DNA of 64,000 nt, taken from contig OY986948.1 of the NCBI GenBank assembly GCA_963920595.1, positions 3,906,001 to 3,970,000 of the forward strand. The letters run 5' to 3'. Source of the DNA: Eimeria praecox. Taxonomy: Eukaryota. The translations under genes and the position numbers were made by a program. This document shows positions 1-12,975 of the stretch, piece by piece. The first letter of the stretch is position 1, and the number at the start of each line of letters is the position of its first letter. A model generated the notes under the pieces. It did not search any database, was not told the origin of the DNA, and was given only the letters and a program-made list of their open reading frames with translations.

Positions 1-325
1 AACTGCAGCAAGGACAAGAGCAGCAGCAGCAGATGCAGCAACAGCAGCAGCAGCAGATGCAACAACAGCAGCAGCTGCAGCAGGAAGGAGATACCCTCCT
101 CCAACAAGAGCAGACACAACTGCTGCAGCAGCAGCAAAACCTTATGAGCAAGACAGCATCTATGCAGCAGCCATATTGTCAGCAGCATATATCGAAATAC
201 GCTGCAGCAAAATTAGAAAAAGAGCCACATTACAAACAGTTGTGGGAAGGAGTTGAGTTGCTGCAGACAGCAGTACAGAGCATCTCTGCTGCAAACAAAA
301 GCTGCAAGGAGAGCCGCAAGTGTAG

Positions 326-357
<32 letters not shown>

Positions 358-681
358 ACAGCAACAGAAAGGGGGAGACACAACTGCTGCTGTCTCCGCG
401 GTGGTCTCCCGTATACGCTCTCTTCTGTCCTACCCTGGGGATTGCTGCAGCTGCAAGAGGTAGCGGCTTCGTCTCATGCGCTGCAGCAGCAGCACCTGCA
501 GCAGCAGCACCTACAGCAGCAGCACCTGCAGCAGCAGCACCTACAGCAGCAGCACCTACAGCAGCAGCATCTACAGTACCAACTACAGCAGCAGCAACCG
601 ACAATTGCCTTCGGCCCATGGAGAACTGCCAGCAGAGGGGAGAGAAGATCCCCCGAGAACGAGCAGCAAAAGGAGATGCTC

Positions 682-718
<37 letters not shown>

Positions 719-1047
719 AATCAGGGAGCCCACAGCGCAGGCGCCAGGCATCCTCGTCTCCAACATGTGTATTGATACATCAACAGCAGCACAACCAGCA
801 GCAGCAGCAGCAGCAGCAACAGCATCAGAAGCAGCTTTAGCTTCTTCAAGTGGCATTCCGTGGAACACAGCAGCAGCAACAGCGACAGCAACAACAGCAG
901 CACAAGCAGCAGCAACAGCAGCAACAGCAGCAGCAGCAGAAACTGCGGCAGTAGCATCAACTAGTGCTCCTTTCGGAATCCTGCGGGAGAATTCGTTGCA
1001 CCCTCAGGTACAGATTCAAGGGCCTACAGCACCAGCGATATCAGGGG

Positions 1048-1081
<34 letters not shown>

Positions 1082-1760
1082 AGCAGCAGCAGCAGCAGCA
1101 GCAGCAACATTGATGCCAGGAATGACAGCTGCAAAAGATGCAACAGACTTCCGTGCTGCAAGCCCTCAGAGAGAGGAGAAAGAATTAGATCTAAGGCGAG
1201 AGCAGATCTTACAGCAGCAGCAGCAGCAGCACTACACTCAGAGACTACAGAACTGGAAGCAGCAGCAGCTGCTGCTGCAGCCGCAGCTACAGCCGCAGCT
1301 ACAGCCGCAGCTACAGCCACAGCAACTGATGCTGCAGCTGCCCATGCAGCAGCAGCAGCAGCAGCATCGAATACAGCAACAACAGCAGCAAATGCTCTTC
1401 CAGAGGAGGCAGCTCTTGCAGCTCCACCAACAGCAACTGCAGCAGCAGCAGGTAGCTAATCAGGCGCAGCAGTTGTCAGTATTGTGCCAAGACAAGCAGC
1501 AGCTGTTGCTGCAGCAACACCATCTGCGCCAGCAGCACAAACTGCAGCAGCAGCTGCTTCAGCAACAACAGTTTCAGCAGCAGCAACAGCTGCAACTCCA
1601 CCTGCAGCAGACGACGCAGTGGCAGCAGCCCTCTGAAGACATACCTAGCCCTCAACAAGCACAGATGGCCTGCAATCAGCAGCAACAGCAGCAGCAGCAA
1701 CAGCAGCAGCAGCAACAGCAACAGCAGCAGCAACAGCAACAGCAGCAGCAGCAACAGCAA

Positions 1761-1792
<32 letters not shown>

Positions 1793-2316
1793 GCAGATGT
1801 GGCAGCAGATGCAGCAAACGCGCAAGTGGCAACTGAACAGCTACAACCTTGCGGCTTCTGCAGCTAACGAAACTGCAGCAGGTTTTGCTGCCTCTGCAGC
1901 AGAGGCTGTGGGAGGCTTTGCTTATGATGATGAGCTTGGGGCATTCGCCTCTTCTCGTCTCAGTGCTTTTGCTGCGTCGAGCTGCTGCAGCCAGCAGCAG
2001 CTACCTCCCGAAGGCGCCTTCGAAACAGCTGCAGCAGGATCTGTACAGACAAAACACCCGGGCTTATCTTCTTTTGCTCTAGCCCATGATGCTTCTGTTG
2101 CTGCTGCTGCTGTTGCTGCTGCTAATGCTGCTGCTGCTGCTGAAGAGAAAGCGCATGCACCGCGCTTAGAGCAGCAGCCAGCAGCAGCAGCACCCAAGTA
2201 CATTAAACAGTCTGCAGAGGAAGGCCCCTCACTTTTGGTAGATCTGCTGCTGTGTCTGTGTAGTCCTAGCCAAGCTGAAGCAGCTGCAGCAACAACAAGA
2301 AAGGCTCATGCATCTT

Positions 2317-2351
<35 letters not shown>

Positions 2352-2884
2352 CCAACAGCAGGTAGAGCAGCAGCAGCAGTAGAGTGGGTGCATGTAGAAG
2401 ACCCTCAACATCCTCTACGGCTGGGGACGCCCTGCAACGAGCCTGCCTATGCCAGCCGCCTACGCGAGGGCTTTCATTCTATCCCTGCATCTCACGAGGT
2501 TTGTTTGTTGTTTGTTGTTCTTTCTATTTGTTTGTTTTGTATTGGCTCATATCTGTGTTACTTTTCTCTCTTTTTATATTTAGTTTATTTTATTTGTGTT
2601 TGTTTGTTGTTTTGTCTGTCTTCATTTATTTCTTCCTTTCATACAACTACACCGCCCACATGAGCTGAACATACACCGCAGCATGAGCCTGCTCCTCTGT
2701 ATCGTTCATCTCCCCTCAGGTGCCTGTCGTGCTTGGACAAGTTGCTGGGCGAGTGTCTCTCACAGTAGAGGAGGCCTCTGAAGGCGTATTTTCAACTCGC
2801 TTTGGCCTTTCTTTCGCGCCTGAAGCAATCATTTGTAGGCTTCCTCACTCTCGCTGCAGCAGCAGCAATGCAGCAAAACTAACC

Positions 2885-2922
<38 letters not shown>

Positions 2923-5900
2923 AGTTGCAGTTGCAGCCTGTCTCAGCCTTCAAGATGCTTCAGGTTTCATTTCTAACTAAAGAGGCCATAGAACACTCTA
3001 ATCGCTACAGCCAAACAGTCTATCGTTGTTGATGAGGGGCCCCTGCTAAAGCAAACACAGGGCCCCTAAATAGAGATTATTCCCCTTAGAAAATACTTAA
3101 GAAAAAATATATATCTCCACTCAATGTTGAGCCAGTTAGTCACTTGCTTCCCTCGTGCTGCTGCGCTTGCTGCTGCTGTGCTTGCTGCTTCTGCTGCTGC
3201 TGCTGCTGCTTGCTTGCAGCTGGGTTTATAGGGGCTGGAGTGTCGCCTGCAGCCGCGAAGTCTCCGCTTCTGCTGCCAGCTGCTGACTGCTTATGTCTCT
3301 CTGTCTGTACACCGGAAGGGGGGATAACAACCCCTGCAGCTGCAGTGCGACACTTTGAGGTCCCCCGACTTGACGCCCCAACACCCCTCGCATTTCAACA
3401 AAACTGCGAGCTGCACACTGTCAGTCCCCTTCCTCTTGCTTTTACTGCAGCAGCAGCAGCAAAACGTAGCTGCTGCAAGCAGCCCTGCTGCATCAGTGCA
3501 TGCACATATTGGCGAAGGCGAAGCCATAGCTTAGCAGGAAGCTTTCTTCGGTGTCCCGCATGTGTTGGGACTCTGAGCCAACATTAGCAGGGAATCTGTG
3601 GGGGGATTGCAAGTTGAATATGAGCGTTTCTGATTTGCACATGCCGTGTCCTGAGTATTTTTTCAGGTGTATGTTAACGGATGGCCCCATCTAGTACTAA
3701 CCTCCATCCCCGGGGTTGCCCTGAATGCAGGCGACTACCTGTTTGCTGACTTGGGGCCCCGCCTCTTCACAAGACTGAGACAGAGGCTTTGGCAGCAGGC
3801 TGCGCTGCGGCTTGTCGGTATGAGAGGGGCTCTGAGGGCGATTAGCTGGTGGTCTAGGGTCTGGGGATATAGGATTTAGGGTTATATAAGATCGAGGGCT
3901 TAGGGTTTGGGCTGAGGGTTTGCGTGTGCTGTACAGAAACGGGACCTCGGGCAGCTCATCAAATATGGAGAGTGAAGTGCACACAATGCGGCTTGGAGGC
4001 AGCTGAAGGAGGTATTATTATATCTTCCTTGTTTTTAATAATTTGTAGAATACATTGAAAGCTTCCTAACAACACAGATATTCAACCTGGGCTTTCTATG
4101 CTGTGCGGGGTGTTGGCGGCGTGCAGAAGATATGCTTCTCTGTTGCTGCTGCAACTCGCTGCTTCACATGCGTTGCATGTTCGGGACCTCCAGAGGCTCT
4201 TCAGAACCTTGGCTCTGTCAGCGATGCCGGGGCCTCAGCGAGTGAGGGCCCCCCTCTTAGATGAATATTTCCTAAGAGTTGCAGCAGATCAAAGGAACAG
4301 TTTGTACACATTTGTGGAATGTATGGTGCAGCAGCACCGTGATATTGCTGCAGACAGACAGAGAAAAAACTCAAGGAGAGAAACGACACAGAGAAAGCAA
4401 ACAAACACGGAGGAGTTTCTACGTTTGTTTCTGCTTTCTTTTGATTCCTTTGTACTCTCCCTCCCTTTAGAACGAATCCTTCAGCCAGCTTTCTTGTGTA
4501 TAGCGGCTAGGCGATTAGTTTCTTATTGTCACCTCCATGTCTGTCTCTGCATCTGCATCAGTCTTGGCTGCTGTTCTGAATTTGCTGTTCATGCAGGAGA
4601 GTGAGGAGCTCGGCGCCCTCTTCAGAAGGCCTTCTCGAGCCGCTTCAGGCATTTCTCAACCAACACCCTGCCCAACAGCAGTATCAGGACCTGCAGCCAC
4701 AGCAGCAGCAGCCTCAGCAGCAGCAGCAGCAAGAGCACCCGCTGCTGCACCAACCAAGTTGTAAAGAAACTTTGCAACTTGAAGATCGGATCGAGCAGCA
4801 GCACACGACTTGCCCGACATTCGCCTCTTTCAATGCTGCCACGAGCGCCTCTACATTTAACACCTCCGAATGTTTAGCAGCCCTTCTACTCTGCATTCTT
4901 GCAAGCAGCGATACAGCAAAAGGTCCATTTGCAACCGCTGCCGCTGCCGCTGCTGCTGCTGCTGCTGCCGCTGCTGCTGCTGCAGCAAAACAGCCTGCTC
5001 GTGATAGCTGCACCAACAATACAACTCTCAAGGGGTCAGGGGCTGATGGCGTTCCTGCACAATTGTCCTATATATACCAAACCCGTAGAGCAGCTCAGTT
5101 GGTTGGGCTCGATGAAGAGGACTTTGGTGCTCTGGCTACTATCCTGCGGCCTTGTGCGAGTTGCTACAGAAGGGCCGTGCTGCAGCAGCACTACCGGCAT
5201 TTGCAGCAGCTGCAACAGCTGCAGCAGCGGCTCCTCCGGCAGCTGGAATGGCACAAGGCATTTATGCAGCAGCAGCGGCAGCAGCACATGGCCGAGCAAG
5301 CAGCTTTCATTAGAGAGAGGCTTTCACTTCAACACACAGCCGCCTGTTTCTCGCCCCCCTTGAGGAGGAAGCTACAGCTGCTGCTGCAGCAACAAAGACT
5401 CGCCAGCGGAAACAGCTATCGGGAGCAGCAGCGTCTACAGCAGTTGCACGATTTGGTTGCTTTGATATTATGTACACTTCAGAAGAAAAGTCTGTATCAA
5501 AGGAAGACTATGGCAGAGAAGCAGCAGCTGCTGAAGCAGCAGCAGCACTCCACAGGGCAGACCCAACTGGCTGAGCCCCATCATCACCTGCTGCAGATGC
5601 TACACAAAACACTTCAAGCAGCAGATGCTCAGACACCTTGCAGTCCTTCGCTGCTGCGTGGGCTGGTGCAGGAGATCCAAGAAGCCTCTGCGTGGGCTTC
5701 GGAGAACAGCAGCACGAGAGACAGCAGCACCACCAACAGCAGCAACACATCTGTAGCATCCTCGATCCCGGACATCACTAAAGTGTTAGCACAGGTCCTA
5801 CCAGACTCTCCTGCCCATCCTGCGGGCCAAACGGAGGCAGCAGCAGCAGCAGCAGCAGCAGCCATTGCAGACAGCAGCAGGTGGCTTGCTGCACTGGCTC

Positions 5901-6200
5901 AGCAAGCACCCCCGGCCGTCTTTGCTGCTGCTTCAGCTTCTGCAGGGAGGAGTCTCTCCACAGGTTTAGCAATAGCTGCCATCAGATGCCGCCTCCTGTC
6001 AGGACATGTTGAAGCAACAACGCAAGGTCTACAATTCGAAGCTGCGCATGCAGCCAACACTTGGAGACAGAGTAAGAACAGATTCTTCTACAATAGTAGC
6101 TGAACAGCACTAAAGCACTTACGATTCAAATACCTGCTGCTCTTTTCATTATTGCAGAAGACAACAGAAACAAATCATTAAAATATATATAAACGTTAGG

Positions 6201-6275
<75 letters not shown>

Positions 6276-9044
6276 TATATATAAACGTTAGGCCTTAGTA
6301 CTAAACATAAATTGATAAAGGGGGCCAAACTCCCATACATATTAACTAGCTTTTCTAGCTCGCTATAACAAATGAGGTTTGAACCCATGCATGCGCTGCA
6401 GTGTGCTGGTGCTGCTGCAGTCAGTCAAGTGCTGCTGAGGGCGTGCAGCCGGCGTCATCAACTGCTTCGCGCTGCCTCAGCCCTGCTTCAAAAGGAGCCG
6501 CAGCTTCTGTCTGCTTTACAAGATGGCTCAGAAGGAGGAGCTTCTCTTCTCTTGATGCATCAAGGAGAGCAGCAGCAACAACAAAAGAACGAACTACGTC
6601 AGCAGCATCAGCCGGACGAACAACAACAACCACAGCAGCACCAGCAGCAGCAACAACAACAACAGCAGCAACAAATGCAAGGACAGCCGATTCCGCAGCA
6701 GCCTCACGGCAGCAGTGAAGGCATTGAAACCACCAGCCAGTATATTTCAATGGATAAACGGCCCCAAAGGGTTATGCATGCGCACCTGCAGCAGCAGCAA
6801 ACCCTAAACATTCAGGGGAAGCAGCAGCAGCTGCTGCAGTACGAGCACCAGCTTCAAGCAGCGCTGCAGGCGGCTCAACGCTTCGAACAGCCGCTGCAGC
6901 AGCTAAACTTGCAACAGCCCGCACTGCAAAGACAGCCTTTGCAGCAAGGGCCCTCGGAACAGAATATGCAGCAGCAGGTCTTGCAGCAGCTGCACTGGGT
7001 GCAGCAGACTAAACCCACCTACCTTCAATCTTGCCAGCTTAAACCGCTGCAGCTGCAGCAGCAAGTGCAACATCAAGTATCTCTGCCTCTCCAGGTCCCG
7101 GCTCTGTATCCCGTCCTGCTGCCACAGCATATGCAGCAGCATCAGCAGCATTTGCAGCAACAATATTTGCAGCCTTTGAAGCAAGCGCGCCTCCAGATGT
7201 TACAACAACAACAACAACAACAACTGCACCAGTTTCATCACTTGCAGCAAGTACAACCGCTGCAGCAGCCGGACTTCGGAGTCGTTGCCGAGGAAGCATC
7301 TCAAGTAGCAAGAGGGGGGTTTGAAGAAGAACAGATGCACCGAACTCAGCTACAGCAGCAGCTACAGCGGCAGCAGCAGCAGCAGCTACAACAACAGCAG
7401 CTACAGCTGCAGCAACAGCTGCAGCTACAACAGCAGCTGCAATTACAGCAACAGCAGCATGCACAGCAACAGCTGCTACACGTGCAGCAGCTACAGCTGC
7501 AGCAAGATTTAAGATTTCAAGGCTTGCAAGAGCAATCGACGCATCAACTGACTTCGCAGCAACGCCCAATGCAGCAGATCGAGCTTCAGCACAGACATCT
7601 GCAGCAGAAAGAGCTGCAGCAGGAAGAGATGCAGCAGGAAGAGGTGCAACAGAAAGACCTGCAGCAGGAAGATTCGCACCAGCAGCATATCGAGCAGCAA
7701 GCGATACAGCAGCAATCGCTGCAGGTCGATGAGAGTTGCATGCATCCCCAGCAAGAGGATGATCAAGAGGAGCAACAGGAAGAGACGGCGCGTCGTCGCT
7801 ACAGCCAGAGGCAGCAGCGGCAGAGGCGTAAGTTGCTGCAACAGAGGAGCCTCAGGCGTGAAAGAGCCCGTTACAGCAGCAACAATTTCGTGAACAGGAT
7901 TCTGAAGAAGTGCAGTCCTGTGTGTGCTGATGTTGTTGAAGAGGTTTCTGCTCAAGAGGTTTGTTTATACAGAGCAAGCAAAGAAGTGACAGAAACGAAT
8001 GATGCAGGGGTCTCAGCATCAGACATGGCATTAGAAACGGGAATAAGCTGTAACAGAGTTTCTTCAACAATTAAAACAATACCTGATGAAGCAGCAACAG
8101 CCTTCGATAGGTTGAATGAAGCAAAAGAACACCAAATCCTAGCGAAACAGAAACTGAAGGAAGCGAGGAGGATGCGTGCATTGAGGTGTATGCTGGCCCA
8201 GAAATCCGAGAATCATGCAGTAGCAGTTGCAGCTGCAGCTGCCCAGACACCTCATGGCTCGGTTTGTGTTTTTCGCAGTAGAATACCTAGAATGAAAGTC
8301 AACGCGGATATGGCTGTAGCCAGGGCCCGGTCGGTTGTTGCTGCCTCGAAGCAAAGAGCAGCAGCAGCTATAGCTGCAGAAGAGACTGCGGTACAGGAGC
8401 TAGCTGCAGCAAATGCTGCAGTTGCAACCGCGGAAGCAAGTGTAGCAGCAGGAAAAGCAGAAGCAGAAGCCTCCGAGGAATCAGGATCAGATACTAATCC
8501 TCGTGCATGCAGCACAGTGTCTCTGCAGAACGAAAGCCTCTCAACACAACGGACAGAACATGCAGCAGCAGATTCCTCAGCAGCCCTTGCAATATCGACA
8601 CAGCCTGAGGTGGAGGTCGAAGAAACAAATGAAACCTGCGAGGCTGCAGCAAATGAACAGGAATTGAGCGAACCAGAAGAAGTAGCTTCACCGGATTTGG
8701 GATCTGTGGGGAGTCGGAAAAACTGCGTAGAGGCAGAAGCAGCGGCCCCACAGGAAGGCGAAGCACCAGGGAGTGTACAAGTGCCAACGCAGACACAAAG
8801 AGCAACAGAAGAAACAGAAGAAAGTAATGGCCCTGCTGCACTTGAAGCAAGGATCGCAACAGCGTCAGCTGAAGCTGAAGGCGCTGCCGCTGCCGCTGCT
8901 GCGCTGCTGGATAGTGCTGTTGCAGCCCCAGAAGTCGCAGCAGCAGCTGCTGCAGCAGCAACAACCAACGCATTGCTGCTGTCTTCTGCTCCTCCAGAAC
9001 CACCAACTAAGCCAGAGTTTGTACAAGGGTCTGACGGGTTGTTT

Positions 9045-9075
<31 letters not shown>

Positions 9076-11138
9076 TGGCGGCAAGGAGGGCTAGACGACG
9101 ACTGCCTGGAAGGCTGACAAATAGGCGAAGGCGAATATTTGCGTACTGCTGTCGCGGAACTATTGGTGATGCCTGTACCTGCACCCTGTGCAACAGTTGC
9201 AAGAAGGAGTCTGCTGCTGCGCCTGCTGCGGCTGCCATCCCTGCTGCTGCGCCTGCTGCGGCTACCGCCCCTGCTGCTGCGCCTGCCCTGTCGGCGCACA
9301 GCAGCAAGAGAGATGAAGGACTCCAGCAGGCGCAGCAGACACAGATATCCCTCAGGCCAAGAAGAGGGAGAAGTGCTGTTACTGCCACCGTGGATCCAGC
9401 ATCTAGCAGCAGCACCAGCAGCAGCAGGAGGGAAGGGCGAATAGGGAGAAGCAGTCGAAAGAGGGAGAGAAGACGAAGAAGCACTTTTTCTTCCTCCAGC
9501 AGCGGCGAATGCAGCAACGTCAGCAGCAGAGACTGCAGCAGCGAAAGTGATTGGGAAGGCTCCATCACTCGGCGTAAGAACCAGCCACAAGGCAGAAGGC
9601 AGCAGGGCGCTGCAGTGCCTGCGTCCGCTGCTGCACCCGTTGCTGAAGCAGCAGCTCCGCGTCGGAGTGAAGCAGTAACTTTCGGTGGTAGAACAAGCTC
9701 GAATACGGATCCCCTTGCGCGAAGAGAGCATGCGGTTTCCCTCACGCCAGTTGTTGCCGGCTTTCCTAATGACAAAAGCAACGTTTCGAACGTTGCTGCA
9801 TCTACTTTGAGAAGCACCCGCAGTTCCATGAGGAGCTCCCTCCACAGCAGCAGCAAACTTCACTGTTGTATGGCACCCTCTGGCACAGATCAGAGGCGAA
9901 AGCTACTCCCACAGAAGCTAGAAAGCCCCAACCAGCACTGCGGAGCCAGCATTCAGCAGCACCGGCCACAGACAGCGTCTCCACAGAGCAGTTGCCGCGT
10001 TTTGCGCAGCCATAGCAGACATTCTGCAGCTGGGGCAGCAGTTGAGAAACCTGAGGCAGCTCTGGGGCTGAATCTTATGCAAGATAAACCCCTCCCAGCT
10101 CAAGGATCCTCCTCTGGAGCTTCTCCTCTGACGGTGGGAGCGGACGAGCCCGGACTGCCCGCTTCTCCTGATACACTTTCCAGGGAACCAGCAGACACTG
10201 AAGGACGTCCCTTTGAATGCCTGTCCAACTGCCGCGACAGCAGTAGTAACGCTAGAGAGTCCAAAGCTTGCCAAGGCCGTTCCGAAGCATCCTCCACAGG
10301 TGGTGGCATTCATATGCTGTTCAAGAAGGAATGGGCTCCATTGCCGCGCTTGCCGCACAAGGAAGACGAACAAAAGGAACAATGCGAGCAAGAAGAGGTA
10401 CACGAGCAGCAAAGGCGATTCCAGCGACTCCCTGAAACAGCCAGTAACCGCAGTCTGCGCGGCAACCACGGGGGAAAAGGAAGGCGCACGTCAGTTGCAG
10501 AATCCCATGAGCGGACCGTCGGGAACAGCGGAGTATCGACTGCACCCGCTACAGTATTGTGGAGGAACCATCACCATCAGCAGGAGCTCCCGCGTAGCCA
10601 CCAACATCGCGAGAGCGATGCGTCGGTACTGCCGCTTGAAACGGCGCCAATGATTCTCGAGGACTTCAGAGAGTTGTTGGTCTCTTCATTATGCCACCCG
10701 AAGCAGCAAGATTGCAAGAACCAGCCTCAGACACGAAAAGGAACTGCGGCAGCCATCCTCGCCGCCGCCAGCGGCAGCAGAAACAACGGAGGCACGTATC
10801 ATACCCCGAGCAAATCATCGCACGACGCATGTAGCAGAAAGTATCGTTCTGTACACTCTGCTGCTGCTGCAGTAGCGGCTGCAACAGCAGCTCGACTGCA
10901 GGCACGAAGCTCGGGGAGCCCAAGAGACTTCAAAACGGATGTTGAGGCAGCGGCGGCCGAAATAGCAAAGAATATCAGCTGGAACGAGAAGAGACGCAGC
11001 TATGCTGCAAAGATAAAGGGAGTGTCACAGCCGGTCTGGTTTGCTGCTAAGAGGCGAGGCGTCCCTCAGGCTCTTCAAGCAGCAGCAGACCTCCTCATTG
11101 AAGAGGTACACCGACGCAGGCCAACGCAATCGGGATGA
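1..11138 (+). CDS. Giant multi-exon ApiAP2 transcription factor (5'-truncated) with internal SET-like domain and C-terminal AP2 domain
   Basis: Frame is open from the window start. Inferred exons: ..2498, 2720..~2786, ~3300..3419, 3667..~3817, ~4128..4510, ~4598..6071, 6421..11138. Intron 6072-6420 is GT..AG and phase-compatible. C-terminal IAKNISWNEKRRSYAAKIKGVSQPVWFAAKRRGVPQALQAAADL matches the ApiAP2 AP2 pattern. Poly-Q/A/S tracts throughout. Confidence 0.72.
483..597 (+). repeat. 15-bp minisatellite GCAGCAGCACCT(A/G)CA encoding AAAPT/AAAPA
   Basis: About 6-7 tandem units visible directly. Confidence 0.85.
3830..3922 (+). repeat. Degenerate interstitial telomere-like TTTAGGG repeats in an intron
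   Basis: ctgaggg, tctaggg, tttaggg, cttaggg, tttggg and ctgagggttt are clustered here. Confidence 0.65.
6177..6297. repeat. (TA)n microsatellite bracketed by a 29-bp direct repeat
   Basis: ATTAAAATATATATAAACGTTAGGCCTTA occurs at 6177-6205 and 6269-6297 around a pure TA run. Confidence 0.9.
10960..11105 (+). other. AP2 DNA-binding domain
   Basis: ISWNEKRRSYAAKI...VWFAAKRRGVPQALQAA fits the three-beta-strand plus helix AP2 consensus (W, F..KxxG...A..AA). Confidence 0.8.
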
Positions 11139-11964
11139 CTATAGTGTGCGCCAGTGCAAGCGCAGGGCGAAGTGCAAAGATGCACAAGGTTCCACAGTCG
11201 CATATCACGGGAATATGATATGCACCAACGCCAAGGACAACCAGAATAATCGCTGCAGCAGCAGCAGCATGAGCGGCAACTGCGTGACACATTCTTTCCA
11301 AGCTGCGGAAGCTCCTACGCACCAGCGTTGCTAAGGAAGGGAGAGCACTCAGGTAAAGCCAGTTGCGAAGGGGGCGCATGCACGCATGCATTCACGCGAA
11401 TGACTGTACATGAATACTCAGACTACTTCGATCCGTAAAAGCCCGTCCCCTGCGCTGCTGCATGCACCACTAAGTCTAGCGCTGTGGAAGCGACAGTTGA
11501 GTGCGAACACCTCAACGTGAGGCCGTGTCTGATGCGGTTGCAACAAGCTAGTCAGGGAAGTTGCGAATAACGTTAAAACTTACATTCTAGATTTAAATTC
11601 GTCCCATGGCCTCTAGGCGCAGAGCAGAAAGCCCCCGACGCAAGTAAGGCTGGGGTTTGTGGCAGTCACAAAAAGGCAAGCAAATGCCAGGAGGCACACA
11701 GCATGCCTGTATATCCAAACTGATTATGCATTACAAATGGATGGTGGTGACAAAGGAATGGCTTATATGTGTGCATAAACACACAACCCCCACCACTGGT
11801 AGTTGGTGAGCTCGTTCTTCTGTGCTAGTCGTATAGTAAAGGGCCGCATAAGGCTACGCGGGGCTCGTTCATCATCAATGCAGCAGCCCAGCAGTTCTTC
11901 CTCGTTCTACGGGTGAAACTGAGTGGATTCCACTGTCTTTGTGATGGATCTGTCACAATTGTAG

Positions 11965-12975
11965 CTACGCTCCTGCAGCCCTTTGCACCTGTCCTGCAAT
12001 CTTGAATTTCCTGAAGCAACTACCGCAAGACTCGGCTGCAACGGTGTAGCAGCACCACAGCAAGAAACAAAGGGCTACAGCAAACACCGTCCACCAGAAG
12101 ACGAGCTCCCCAGAAGAAAGAGTGAAAGGAATGTTCGCAAGACCGCGGCTCACACGAACACTGCACGGCGGGTTCATTACCACCTCGCTGTTGCCCCACT
12201 TGGTTGTAACCACTGAAGCACCCGGAGCCACTTCCCAGTCCTCATGGCACTGGCAGGTGACGGTGCCGGTGCCCTTCCCTGGAGCGAAACTGCAGGTGCC
12301 CTGGCCGCAAGGGTTGACAGCGCCAGTGCACGGGTTGGAAGGCTGCTCGCAATTTGTGCCTTGAAAGAAATCCCCGCACTCGCATTTGAAATACGGGGAC
12401 ACGTCCGTGTCCACGCACGTCCCAAGGGAGCAGAGGGCGCTTTGGCAGTCCAAACCACTACTAGCCCGGATACCGCAATCGTCAACGCAGAGAGAAGCCT
12501 TTTCCGCGCATGTAGGGCCCTTAAAGGGCAGTGGACATACGCAGATCTGAGCTGTCCCATGCTCGTAGCACGTGCCGCTATTGCATATGTTGACTGCGCA
12601 CAGGGCGGCCGACGCAAAGATAAAGCCAAATCCATTCACGGCAAAGTTAGGGATCCATGCCAGCACCTGGAGAAACGGCAAAAAGTGAGCTTGTCCTGCT
12701 GCGCACGAAGAGAGTACAGACAACGGAAAAGTCTCATGTCCCCGCTGTGGAATATCTGATGGCTTCGCAGTTGCAAGTAGGACAAAAATAATCAGCAGTA
12801 AATGCGACTTTGTGGGCAAGCGAAGGCAATACAGAGACGCCCTCCCGCAATTTGCCGCTGTCCGACGCTCGTGCAGTTTCAATGAGGCTTCCCCAGAAGG
12901 CCATGTTCCTAAATTTTTGCAGTAGCGGCTAGGCCCCTTCGCTCTGGGGAAAACCGCAGTGAAAGAGCTGTTCAT
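11965..12975 (-). CDS. EGF-like domain (x3) single-pass membrane protein, paralog A
   Basis: Three six-cysteine EGF units (e.g. CVCPLPFKGPTC, CECGDFFQGTNC). C-terminal TM LVFWWTVFAVALCFLLWCC. Hydrophobic N-terminal stretch. Start codon uncertain. Confidence 0.85.
   Translation of the reverse strand: MNSSFTAVFPRAKGPSRYCKNLGTWPSGEASLKLHERRTAANCGRASLYCLRLPTKSHLLLIIFVLLATAKPSDIPQRGHETFPLSVLSSCAAGQAHFLPFLQVLAWIPNFAVNGFGFIFASAALCAVNICNSGTCYEHGTAQICVCPLPFKGPTCAEKASLCVDDCGIRASSGLDCQSALCSLGTCVDTDVSPYFKCECGDFFQGTNCEQPSNPCTGAVNPCGQGTCSFAPGKGTGTVTCQCHEDWEVAPGASVVTTKWGNSEVVMNPPCSVRVSRGLANIPFTLSSGELVFWWTVFAVALCFLLWCCYTVAAESCGSCFRKFKIAGQVQRAAGA

Larger units (their letters stand above)
1..11280. repeat. 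CAG/CTG trinucleotide-rich (repeat-rich) segment
   Basis: Dense CAG/CAA runs (e.g. 1677-1796 encoding a long poly-Q) read as poly-Q, poly-A or poly-S, plus CTG runs in introns. A hallmark of Eimeria repeat-rich regions. Confidence 0.95.

Noticed and set aside
2499..2663. Apparent transmembrane C-terminus of the 876-aa ORF
   Set aside because: Read-through into a T-rich intron after the GAG|GTTTGT donor.
160..10545. Many long antisense or alternate-frame ORFs (poly-L/C/A), e.g. 8252-9856 minus
   Set aside because: Shadows of CAG-rich coding sequence, which lacks stops in other frames.
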